A stretch of 64,000 nt of DNA from Chrysomallon squamiferum. Lineage: Eukaryota > Animalia > Mollusca. The notes beneath the pieces were generated by a model. That model was not told the origin of the DNA, did no database searches, and was given only the letters and a program-made list of their open reading frames with translations. Positions 1-26,964 of this stretch are shown one piece after another. The stretch covers positions 5,766,001-5,830,000 of the forward strand of contig CM022665.1 of assembly GCA_012295275.1 (NCBI GenBank), read 5' to 3'. Position 1 is the first letter of the stretch; the number at the start of each line of letters is the position of its first letter. Made by a program: the position numbers and the translations under genes.

Positions 1-329
1 TTAAACAAAGTATTTTTTTTAATAGAATCTGAAACCTGTTTGTTAAAATGAGTCGTTCATCTTATAATGTTTATTTGTTTTTTTGTTTGTTTTTTTGGAT
101 GCGCAGTTCGACAACCATTAATCAAAAATAAAATAACAAAAACAAAACTCACTTGTATAATGTACAAGTATATACAGTTTAATTTGGCAAGTTTTACTGT
201 ATAATTTCCTTATAAATAAACCGTGAACACTATAAACTTTTGTGATGTGGCCAAAGATTTCAGACTTGAAATGTATTTGATTTCATTTCAGTTATCTTTG
301 AATACCCACCCTGTTGTTGTTGTTGTTGT

Positions 330-401
<72 letters not shown>

Positions 402-1106
402 AATAATTTTAATGTGTAAACAATTTTCATAAATCAGTTTTTAAAATTTCCCTGGCTGTCTTTTTGTTAAATATTCCTTCAGCATCTGCAGACAATAAAC
501 CGTCACCAAACAGTTAGAATTCCAGACTGACTCCCTTTAATTCATTTTAAACAGAATAACTAACTAGTCATTGATCAAATAAGCGAAACTTTAAAATTTC
601 AATTTTTTGGTGATATCATCAATACTTTGAAAAATGTTCCACTGGAATCTGGTAATATAAGAATTATGTGTATGACTGTTATTTTTTATTAATATTTAAC
701 AATATTTGTGTTGTATCATCAGTCCCAGTGGCTAAATGATTATTATATCCTGATATGGCTCCTATGTAAGACCATTTAAGCATCTGTTCTCTCTGATTAA
801 TCATCTAACACTGATTAAGACATAGAGTCAGAGCAAAACACCTGAATATTTATTGAATGTAAGCCTTTTTCAAAGCCAGAATGATTGATTCTCATACCTT
901 TACGACACAGGCTCACAATTCATAATCCAAAATCCGAAACGATTACAAAGCCAAATTCATTCCATTATTAACGATCACTTGTATAATTACGTAACGCTCT
1001 GTCTGTTTTAATTTGTATGTGTTTTATGTTACGATGAATGACTTCCTTACAAATGAACAACTATGAAAGCTGCGAAAATACATTTTATTATTCTTCTTCT
1101 ATTCAG

Positions 1107-11532
<10,426 letters not shown>

Positions 11533-11640
11533 CAAGGAGAATGTGTCACCCTTTCGAATGATATATCGACACAGAATATTCAAAGAAAAAATACATAAAT
11601 ATGAACTTCATTGTTGTATCATATTAAGACATAGCAATCC

Positions 11641-11862
11641 AAGTTACCGACCTTTGTACTTAAAATGTTGATCTTTGAATTGCAGGTCATACGAGTTGTC
11701 GGCCTTTGAAATATTTGGCACGGCCCGTGTTTTCTGTCTTTGAAGTAAGACGAGTTATCGTCCTTTGAATTATACAACCTATAAGTTATCGATCTTCGAA
11801 TTTTTTTAAAACAAATTTATGAGTTATCGACCTCCACTAACCAATGAATTATCGACTTTTGA
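11641..11862 (+). repeat. Degenerate array of about 8 copies of [GA]AGTTATCGNYCTTTGAA in the 3' UTR of gene 1
   Basis: Copies begin at about 11641, 11665, 11693, 11728, 11752, 11783, 11821 and 11846, separated by short non-identical spacers. Confidence 0.8.
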
Positions 11863-12824
11863 TTTAAAAAAAAAAAAATTAAAAAATATTTTTTAATTTA
11901 TATTATTATCCAGTTAATAGCTTAGAAAAATGCAGGCACGTTACTTAAGCAAGCATAATTTGAAACACAAGCAAAGTTTTCAGCTACATTAGCTGATCCA
12001 GCGGAATCAGTTTGAAATGGCATTGGTTTAATGAACGATGGTCACTGTGATTTGGAAAGAGCCAAAATACCAAAGATGCTACATTCGTAAAAATATCTAT
12101 TTCTAATATTTATTGGCATATTTACTTAACACAATGTTTTTTTTTTTTTTTTTTCTCATTCTTGTCTATTTAGATATTTAAATGTTATAGAGTAAAATAA
12201 CTAGCATTTTAACATTTTTTAGAAATATGTTTTTCCGAACCGAATACCTTTTCTTGTAAGGGTAGACAACAAATCACATGATACGCCTAGCCTAGTCCAT
12301 GTTACAAATACTCAATTATATATAAAATATCTTTGCTCTTTCCCCCTCAAAAATGAAATACGTAATATGTAGTAACAACCTTAGTTTGTAGAGTTTTTTT
12401 TTTTCTTTTTTTTTTTTCTAATTACAGTAGACTCTAATCTATTATCTTTGTTATTTATATTCTGCCCCTACATATTTCATGTGAAAATTATATCTGCTGC
12501 GTGTTAATCTTACCACGTTCTCGGGAGCATCAAGTTTTTACCTCGCCATAAACATATCAGCATTAATATGTAAATGTCGACCCGAACTGTACTTACTTTG
12601 AAAAACTACCTCCTAGACGTCACGGCTAGCTTTGTCGCGACTGTTTAATATATTTAATTTCTCTGGGCTGATCCTTCTGTCGCCTTGGTTGATATGTTTC
12701 ATTTCTTACTGTTCTCGAGATCCCGAAATGAAGAAAAAAAAAAAAAGTTTTTTTTTTTTTTTTTGGTCAAGTTACCATTAAGGTACTAAAGTTTCTTTCT
12801 TTAGTTTCTTAGAATATAGGATTT

Positions 12825-12871
<47 letters not shown>

Positions 12872-12890
12872 AAATGTGTTTGTTATTACA

Positions 12891-12933
<43 letters not shown>

Positions 12934-13319
12934 GAGTTATTAGAGCTATTATGTATTTATGTAATTTTTATATTATTATATTTTCAGGAAGGACAAAAAT
13001 AATATTTGTCTAGGTTTTTGAAAAGGCTGTTGCTAGCTTTTCTAAAAATAAAAAATATATAAATCGCTTGGTAAAGAAAAAATTATATGTACTAACTTCA
13101 TTAATCATGGAAATGTTTTGTACGTATTGCATATTACATATTACGTATATTTAATTATTCTACGATATATTTTCTTTTTGTTTGTAGTATCACTCTATAT
13201 TTATGAAAGAGATTATGACGTAATAAAATGATTGTTGTTTGGAAGATTTAAATTACTTGAACAAAGAGTAAAGAAAGATGTACACATATTTATGGACAGC
13301 TTAATGTGAAGTTGCATAT

Positions 13320-13423
<104 letters not shown>

Positions 13424-14147
13424 CCCCCGAAATATAACTCGGTTGTTTGTAAATAAGCTTTTTCGAAGCTTTACTTGTGCTCGTTTTAATAATTATAACT
13501 TCTGTTATTTTCTTATAACAATGCACTATGTCAAAAATTTAAGAAACTGTTGAAAAAATAAATAAATAAATAAATAATTTAAATGATGATGTCATTAGAA
13601 CAGTTATCTCCCCTTAATTAAACACAACGTTGTTTATACTGTTATTTCAGCAGTATTTCATGAAAGTGTTTTACATATTATAATCACATAAGACTGATAA
13701 GCAATAAAAAGAAAATTTCTTGTAACGTGTCTTAGCTTCTTGTAATATAATAAAGCATGGCATTTTCTTTTTCTTCCGAAATTGTAATAAAATGAATAAG
13801 TGAAAATTATTGTTGTATTTTATATTCATGTATTCCGTAGTATTGTTAAAATAAGTAAATTGTTGTAATTTGTTTGTTCTAATTTACATTTTGTTTTGCA
13901 CTTAGCTTTATATTATTATTATTACTATTATCATTATTATTATTAGTTTAAAATTTTATATCAACAGTTTCGAATTCATATGTTTAAAAATGTCAGTGCA
14001 ACATCAGTTATTATGCATATCCTTGTACATATATATATAAATATTGTTTTTTGTATTAAACCAAGTGTTTTCTGGGAAAATACCGTTATAATTATTTAAC
14101 GGATTTATGTTAAAAATTGCGAATTAAACAAATCTTCGAAAAACAAA

Positions 14148-14185
<38 letters not shown>

Positions 14186-15466
14186 ATCTACATGAAATAA
14201 AATAAATAAATATTATTTAATGCTTAGTTAGGATATTATGATTATAAAATTAACCGTGAACATTAAATTATTTTAATGTGCAACAAATGTGTACAATAAT
14301 TATGATTATGTGCATCACATATACATAATTGTTATAATTATGCAATATACAGGTTTTTGTTTTACGTGAAGAACCAAGCATTATTTATACCGTTATAGGC
14401 AATACACACATTAAGTGTACTTTTCACATTAAGCATATGTTTGTGTATTACATTATATATCGTATTCGTCATTATATTAGTGATTTTCTTTCATTCTTTT
14501 TTTTCTCCTTTCTTTTTTTTTTTTCTAATGTTTATATGCAATCAGCGTTTCATTTTTGAATTACATTTATTAATTACTGTTTAATTATTTACTGTGAAAG
14601 TAAATAAAACGCATAAGGTTTCAGCTGTCAGCTGTTTATGTAATTGTGTACGCATAACACGTATTTATGTAAAACTCTATCTATGTACATTAAGCGTTTT
14701 TGTGTAATCATTTTGTGCGTGTATTTTATAACCTGTGTACACGTATAACTGGTATTAATAATAATTTAAAAAAAAAAAAAAAAAAAAATCAAAAAAAAAA
14801 TATCAAAACAAAAAAATCATACTGTACGCAAATTTGTTATTTAATCACAATATGTATTATTAATTATCAATAAAGCATGGTTTTCAATAACAATATGTTT
14901 ATTTGACTTGTAATATAAATTTTACTCCAGAAAAAAACACAGCAGAAAATCTTAGCTCAGTATTACAGGATTGGCCTACGTTGTTTGGCGTAAATAGGAT
15001 CAGTGCACTTTAAAGTGTATCTGTGGGGTGATGCAGAAATAGTAGAAATATATTTTGAGTACTTCTAAGTTTGGGATTAGTACGTTTAAAAATATCTGGG
15101 CGCCGCCATGCTTCTGTACCCGATGACGTCACGACTTCAGTCGTAAAGGGGTAAAATGGCGGAGTTGAAATGATTTTTTTTAACATTATTGCTTTGACAT
15201 ACTTAGTTACGAATGATCACAGGTTTTCCCAAAACAGTAAAATAACAACTTGAATATATAATTTTTATTTTTGTTTTTATTTTATTTGTTTACTTTTTAT
15301 TATATTATATTCGTATGATCTAATACGCTTTAACGCGCCAGTATAGCTATTTCCCGAGACAGAAAATGCTCTATAAAATGTTCAATTTTGATTGAAGATA
15401 ACGGTGTGTTCTTTCTTTTTTGTGAGAAGCCTGACATAAATATTGCGTGCTGCCAACATATATAAA

Positions 15467-15538
<72 letters not shown>

Positions 15539-15805
15539 CCCCTTTCTTAGTCATCGTTTTCTTCTCCTGTTTATGTTTATGTTTATATTATAAATAACAT
15601 GATTAAAGACAAACATTGTCCGTTATTGTCCAAAATTCTAATTTTGATTTTCTCCTTATGTAGACACTGTCTGAGATAGTAACTTGAACTTTCGGCCAAT
15701 TACAAATGAGATGCATTTATTCAATCCTGTAAATTCTTAGAATGTTTAAATTTCTGCTTGCTTGTTTGAGATATGAGGGGTTAAAAGTTCAGTGATCTGC
15801 CATAA

Positions 15806-15901
<96 letters not shown>

Positions 15902-16935
15902 GCCACAGTATGCCAGTATAAGTTATTAATTAAATTACATTTACTAGTAACTGAATATATCACCAATTGCATCTTACAGTCTAGAACCATTATTATTTTA
16001 ATTAGTCCTACTCATACTACACGTACCTATATATCGTGTACATGTATTTAAAAGGAAACAAAAAATAAATAACCGTTATTAGATTGTCGCTTCAGACAAG
16101 AGACTGGGTTCACTCGTGTAATTGGCTATTAAACGTATGGACCTGTGCTTTCCTGTCTATCAAAAGGTGCATTATAAAATATATTAAACGAAATTTAACG
16201 TAACGTTCCTTCATGTGAGACCCGTTTAATAATTACAGTATAATTCAAACTGTGCAATAAAAGTAGTTTTGTTATAGTAAATTGATATACGTGTGAGTGT
16301 GTGTGTGTGTGGGGGTATGTTGGGGTTTATGTGTACTAGGGTGTGTCCGAATATGTGTATGTCAAAATGTGTGAATGTGTGCATGTATGCGTAAATATGT
16401 GTTCATATGTAGGAGTTCGTCAGAGTGTGTGTTTGTACGTGTGTGTGGAGGTATGTAAACAATGTCCTATTTGTCTGTGAGCCGACATTAAAAAAAAAAA
16501 CCTATTATCAAATGATTAGACATTCTGGGGGTGAACTTAAAGGTGTTTCTAATCAGTTTATAAGAAAACAAGTAAAAATCAGGTCCAGATTCGGAGGGTG
16601 AAGCACAGATCCCTCTCTCACCCCTACCTCCAGCATTCTTTCATACATTGTGTCTGTTACGGCTAACACTTTACTGCGGGGTCTACAGTGTTGATATTTC
16701 TGTGTACTGCTTGTCCTTGACTTGTACATATTGATATTCTGTCCGTGACATCTTCAACAGCTGCTAATAATAGCTCGTTGTAAACATTGCCACAACGAGG
16801 CTCTGCGCCCATTCATATACCACATACAAGGCTACGCGATAATCGTGTTAAGTTTTTTTTTTTTCCTCTCAAACCATCGGTGTCTCGCAGATCCTATTTA
16901 CGAATACCGAAGTTGTTTTAATGTAAAGACTTGCA

Positions 16936-20792
<3,857 letters not shown>

Positions 20793-20993
20793 ATGCGTTA
20801 CAGAGAATGATTGTCAAACTCATCGATTTATTAAGCATTCCAGTTATCAAAACAACTTTTATATATATTAAATATATTTAATACTTCGAGTTCGTTTTTA
20901 AAATATAAAATTAATGTTCTGAGTCGGACGACAATGCAAACTTAATGTAACATTCACAAATCGCTCAGGAAAATAAAATAAAAAAACTGTTCC

Positions 20994-21044
<51 letters not shown>

Positions 21045-21299
21045 CATTATTATTGCTAGTATTATTATAATATTTATAATAATAGTAACATTTAATTGTT
21101 GGGTTTTGGTTGTTTTGGGTTGGATTTTTATTTATATTTTTTTTATTTTTTTATTATTATTTTTTTTTTAACCTTTTATATCTAGTTAAAGACCGTTATT
21201 ACTGCAACTACGATTACTAATACTATTACTACTAATACTGCTACTAATATTATCAGAACTATTACTGCTATTGATAATAATAACTACTACTACTACGAC

Positions 21300-21333
<34 letters not shown>

Positions 21334-22391
21334 GAAAAAGCATTCGTTATAACCTTATATATGCATTTTTATTACAATTTTGTTTTAAATCTATTTTGTA
21401 ATGTATACAGTTAAATTGTTTTGTAGTAAAATCAATTTATTATATATATATATAATCCGGTGTTTGTTTTTCTTTCGGTTCAAAATACGTTAATTAAAAC
21501 GAAATCATTTAAATCAGAATCACTAGAAAAAAAAAAAAAAAAAAAAAAAAAACGAACTAAATGACGTTATCTTCCAAATGTTATTATAATTAGTCCTTTA
21601 ATACTTATTGGAGCTTCTTTGTTACTTTAAGCCCTTTTTAAGCCAATAAAACCAGTCACCTGTTTGAAACAAGCTAGACGCAGCGAAATTTCAAATGTAT
21701 ATATATGTATCTTCGGTTCATGAAGCAGGAGACTAATTTGTCTGCGTCAGATTAGAGAAAAGAGAATGTGCAGTCGTCTTCTGTTCTCCCAGCTAACTCT
21801 GGAGGGAAGCTCATATAAAGACTGGAACCCGCTGTGATCAGTGTTAAGACCTGTTATAAATTAACTGCTTCACCAAGGCTTCGTGACGTTTGAGTAATGT
21901 TCTTCGGATTCACTGGAGTAACCTTGATACTCAGTCTGTTTATCAGTCCATTTAATTTGCTATAAAAATTCTCAGGCTAAAGTAATTTCGTACGTCGCGC
22001 GAGCTGTCTACGAAGGTTACAGTTGTCCAGACACAGCAGCGAGTTGAGACATTCAAAATGTAAGCCTTAAAATGATAGTCAGTGTGATGAGCTAATCTCT
22101 GGCGATCTCATTGCATTTATTGCCTAATCCTGTTAATACTTCACAGCTCGTGTAAACAAGGCTGCCGTGTCTCGTATCTCCAGACAGAAGACGGATTTAA
22201 AGAATATTTTCTAAGACGCTGATAAAATGTTTGAAACAGTAGCTGTTAATCACTGACTGCGAGGCTAGACGTTAAAAGCGTATTTCTGCATTTGTCTGTG
22301 ATGTAAGTTATGTGACAGTGAATTGTTGTATACGTACCACAGGTGAGCGTCTGGGAGTTACGTGATTTAGCTGTAACTTTGTTAAGAACGT

Positions 22392-22501
22392 TTAAAGCTA
22401 TATTTTCAGATAACGTTCACTAAACGAAGATGTTTTATTTTTTAAATTATAAACCAATGATGTTTATTTGGCAGTATCAAATCAGTCTTGTGGGTATTTA
22501 A

Positions 22502-22544
<43 letters not shown>

Positions 22545-22607
22545 ACATAAAATAATAATAATAAAACATCTTCGTTTAGTGAACGGTATCTGAAACTATA
22601 GCTTTAA
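22392..22607. mobile_element. TTAA-bounded MITE-like element (Kolobok-type termini)
   Basis: 48-bp inverted repeats at 22392-22439 and 22560-22607 with 2 mismatches, reading TTAA-AG...CT-TTAA. AT-rich interior with (AAT)n. Confidence 0.7.
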
Positions 22608-22764
22608 CAACAATAGTGATAACAACAACAACAACAATAGCAATACAAATATTTAATCAATACAATGATCTTGAATTTGCTTTGAAATGCAGATATCACT
22701 AAAGTCTCTAACTGGCGAACATTCACGAATTATGATAATGTCGACGTGAATTTTATATTTATCG

Positions 22765-23772
22765 CTAAAATCGAGATCTGACATCGCATGTTGCTGTTGA
22801 TGATGACTTCAAGGTAGAACGCTGTGCTGAAGATAATTTTTTGTTGGTAACTGCAGATTTTTTGCAAAACAAATTTTTCAGAATAATTCTGACTTCAGAC
22901 AGGCGCCAACAGTATATTACAGGATTAAGAATTCCGTTTACCATGAAGAGAGAAATAGCAAAAGACAGAAATATTTTCCATTCTGTGAGCCGAGTTGCGT
23001 GGGGTCTCATGGTTGCATAGAGGTACCCAAGATACAATGGTGTGACACATACTAAAAATGGTAACACAATAACTGAAGTGGTTACTATTGCCTTTATATT
23101 CATACGCACTGCAGTTTTTATCTGACTAGAAGTCACTAAACCTGGAACTATTTTCTTGATGTGTCTTTTCGCCAAGCAGAACATAACCATTTGGCCGGCG
23201 ACAATAATAACCACCATTAGACATCGCACCAGCGACAATATGGCGTACGTCGCTGTAGAAGCCATCTTTGAAAAGTGGCAGATATTCTGGAGGTTTCCTA
23301 CTGCATAAGCTGTCATAGTCACGGCAACCGAGAGAAGCCATTCTGCCACTAAAATACACACAAAAGAGAGTTCAGTGGCAACAATTCTGTACGTAAAAGG
23401 ATGAAACAGGGCGAAAATTCTGTCCAATGTTAATGTCGCCACTGTTGTGAGAACAACCACGGTTAGCGAAGTCAGGCAAATATGTCGCACCCAGCATTCA
23501 AAATTAACTTCGCGGAACTGACTCAGATCAAAGACAGCCGAATGGTAGGCGAACGTGAGTCCGCTTAAAACGTGAGCCATAGACAAACTGGTCAGACAGT
23601 ATCTGAGAGACGTCTGCATTGACGTGGCTTTTTTCAAAGCGTAAAGACTGATGCTGTTCTCGAAGAACACAAGAACACCGAGGGTGATTCGGGAAGCTTT
23701 TTCTGGCGATGAAAGTCTGAAAGTCCATTCTGTGCCAGAACTCGTAAAATTGCCGCCATAAGAATCAGCCAT
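22765..23772 (-). CDS. Orphan class A (rhodopsin-like) GPCR, 335 aa, single coding exon; resembles the melanocortin/adenosine/cannabinoid-type cluster
   Basis: Seven hydrophobic segments. TM1 ends in EN, TM3 has DRI (DRY variant) followed by PFTY, TM4 has the conserved W, TM6 reads FLVCVTP and TM7 NGILNPVIY, followed by helix 8 with a Cys. N-terminal NFT sequon. Confidence 0.92.
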   Translation of the reverse strand: MADSYGGNFTSSGTEWTFRLSSPEKASRITLGVLVFFENSISLYALKKATSMQTSLRYCLTSLSMAHVLSGLTFAYHSAVFDLSQFREVNFECWVRHICLTSLTVVVLTTVATLTLDRIFALFHPFTYRIVATELSFVCILVAEWLLSVAVTMTAYAVGNLQNICHFSKMASTATYAILSLVRCLMVVIIVAGQMVMFCLAKRHIKKIVPGLVTSSQIKTAVRMNIKAIVTTSVIVLPFLVCVTPLYLGYLYATMRPHATRLTEWKIFLSFAISLFMVNGILNPVIYCWRLSEVRIILKNLFCKKSAVTNKKLSSAQRSTLKSSSTATCDVRSRF

Positions 23773-24098
23773 TTCTTTTTAATTATTAATTTTCATTTTC
23801 AGAATAACCTACAACAAAAGTAAAATGAAACTAATGTAATTTAATTATTCTCAATACAAATTTGTTTGTTTGTTAATTTGTTGGGTATTTTGTTTTTTTT
23901 TTTTTCTCCTTTTTTAAAGAAACGTTTCTGTCTACTGAATCAAAGTAAAGTTTAATAATCTTCAATCATTGTTTTGCCAAATTTGACATTCTTGTAAACA
24001 TATATTTCAACCTAAAAATTCATAATGCTAAATATAATATCTCTGTATTCATGCAAAATGAGTTAAGCTTGGATTAAATCCTTTCTTTAAAAAAGAAA

Positions 24099-24129
<31 letters not shown>

Positions 24130-24168
24130 CAAAAAACAGACATAAAAAGAAACCATCAAAATACAAAC

Positions 24169-24470
24169 CTTTTTTCCTTGTCCACGATGAATTCAGTTTT
24201 AGAATGAAAAAGAACAAAAACGAAAAACCGTCGTAATATTTATACAAATCTCCGGAGATGTACTGTCAAATGTTTTCTGCAGTGGATACGTCGTTTGCAA
24301 TTAATGTAAATGCTCAAAACTCAACCATTTGCCAGAATGTAAATTGTATCGTAGAGTGCAGATTGCTGTTATCTGACGAAGCCACCACAGCGTAAAACTA
24401 AGTGCTCCGCCGATTAAAACGAGTGGAAAGTTATTCTGGCAATTTTATTATCAACGTGACTTCTATATAG
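24169..24470 (-). promoter_or_regulatory. Putative non-coding 5' exon and TATA-like element of the GPCR gene
   Basis: Minus-strand acceptor ttgtag|G at 23809/23808, 36 nt before the ATG. Minus-strand donor AG|gtttgt at 24169/24168. TATA-like ctatatagaa at 24461-24470. Confidence 0.4.
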
Positions 24471-25759
24471 TAATAGTGGCACGCAGTTTAATTTTTGGTT
24501 TAAGCAATGTTTAAACTAACAGATATTCTTATTATGTGTAGCAAAAACGCGCAGCTAAATATTATCCAATTTCATAAAATAGTGATTTGTTTTTGTTTTT
24601 ATTTTATAATTTTTTTATTTTTTGTTTATTTTTGTATATTTATTTACTTATTTATTTATTATATTTTATTATTATTATTTTATTATTATTATTATTATCT
24701 GAAATTGTTTTTTAAGTTCGTAAGTGTGGGCTTTGTGATCAACAGCCGTTGGCATCTTTTTTTTATTATCTTTATCGTCAAATGTTTATGGTATTACATA
24801 GCCTGATTGAGTCTCGATAATTTGCATTTGCTTTGAGCTGACTCTGGATAAGCGAAATGAGATATCGAATTTGCTACTTAATGATTGATTAGTTTCTTAA
24901 CCAGCCTGTGTCAGAAATTGTCAGAAAGTTCTTTTTCTTTTTTTTTTTTCATCTTTTTTTTCATATTAATCTGTTAATTTGTGAGAGACGACATCAGCAG
25001 ATATATTATTTTAATATCGGTTAGATATTTAAAATGATATTTAACAGAAAAAAGTGTATTTTCTGTACCAAACGTCAACAGTCCCCGAAAATAATTTATT
25101 TTCAAGTATGAGTTATTCCCCATTAGCCACTCTTTGACGTGGGTGTCATAACTCACCAGTGATACACTGGCGTTGTATTTAAGGTACAGTTTATTAAAAT
25201 AATAAAAGGTACGTTTAATAATAATAATAATAATAATAATAATATATTAAAACTTACTAATATCTAAGCTATTTCTACTCTTATTATTGTATCTAAGAAA
25301 AAATGTGGTTTTAAAAATTCTTTTATTTCATTACATAGTTAATTGTTTACAGTAAATAGTAAAATAAACAGTCGCTAATGACTTTAAAAATTCGGTTTTA
25401 TTTCATTAAAATTAATATTTAACTGTTTAACAAACATCATAATGGCTTTATGAATTGTTCTTAAAACTGATTTTATTTTACTTTTTTATAAAAATTTCAG
25501 TAGTACTTTGTTTCTTCTTTTTTTAACAAACACATACACACATATATATATATACCGTAGAGTTGTCTTTTTTTGCATTTAAATTTACTTTTTATTTTTT
25601 ATTCTATTTTTTGAATGTTTTGCTGGCAATATCGATGAACAAAGTTTGCACGGCATGGACAGTATATTAAATGACCGTTTTATTATTATTATTTATTTAA
25701 TTTTTAATTTTTATTTTGTTATTATTATCACGATTATGATTATTATGATTATGATTATG

Positions 25760-25794
<35 letters not shown>

Positions 25795-25980
25795 TTATTT
25801 ATTTTTATTTTTATTTTTTATTTTTTATTTTTTTTATCAATCTTTCAAGCTGTTGTGATATCTTTTTGAATTCACATTTCACTATACGTATGAAGCTCTT
25901 TATCTTCTGCCCAATTTTACCTGGACTTTGATTCAGAACAATCAGTTCAAGGCAAGTGTGATAAATGTATTAGAGAAGAC

Positions 25981-26792
25981 ATGCACGTTAAAATTATTTT
26001 AAACTGTATCGTTTGTCTTTCGTTCATAACAACTGATGCATTGACTCAGCGAGGACCGGACTATCCCATCACAGCTTCGTGGTTTCGGGATCGATTCACG
26101 CTGGAGGAATGGAACCAAACTTTGACAACTTTTCGAACTTGGGGTGGGAATACAGTTTTTCTCAGAGCCCCACCCATGATAAAGAGAAGCCTTCCAGATC
26201 TTGCTCGAGATCCCAGCTTTGCCTGGTGCGGAAGTTTAAACAGCAGCACGGGCGTTGGTGGAACAAAATGCTGGGACGAGGCAGTGAAAGATTTATCTGC
26301 TCTTGGACTGAAAGTTGCAGCCTTCGCCACTTACCAGTATGAAGAAGATTTCGGAGACGCTATTATGGCTTGCCCGCAATTCGATCGGAAGTTATCGAGT
26401 TCAAGAATTTATTATCGTCTTGTTTTGCCAACAGTTCCACTAAGGTATATCTTCTGCGTTTTTTAAATAATTTTTACACGAATTTATTAGCAAAAGGTTT
26501 GTACACTATTTACGGATAATTAATCAACACTTTAGAGGTCTAAATATATTTTTATTTTGAAAAGAAATCCATTATGTTATGTTTTAAATAAACCCCTTTC
26601 ATCCAGACTTTAGAAATTATGGTATCATTATTTATATCAGCGTCAATTCAGAAACAATAATCCACAAGAAAAAGAAATGTTAACGTAGCTTTTCGAGAGA
26701 TATTTTCATAGAAACAGTTAATAGTCGCACATGGTTTCTACTCATCAGTTTATTATTAATTTATTTATTTATTTATTTTATTTTATTTTATT

Positions 26793-26862
<70 letters not shown>

Positions 26863-26911
26863 TATTATTTTTTTTTTTTATTTTATTTTTTTTTTTTTTT
26901 TTTATTTTTTT

Positions 26912-26964
<53 letters not shown>

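Noticed and set aside
11641-11862. CRISPR array
   Set aside because: Eukaryotic context, repeats short and degenerate, spacers only about 7-20 nt, and no cas genes.
14945-15005. tRNA gene (tagctcagt A-box-like sequence)
   Set aside because: No B box or cloverleaf; at most a SINE head relic. The same applies to the B-box-like sequence at about 46210.
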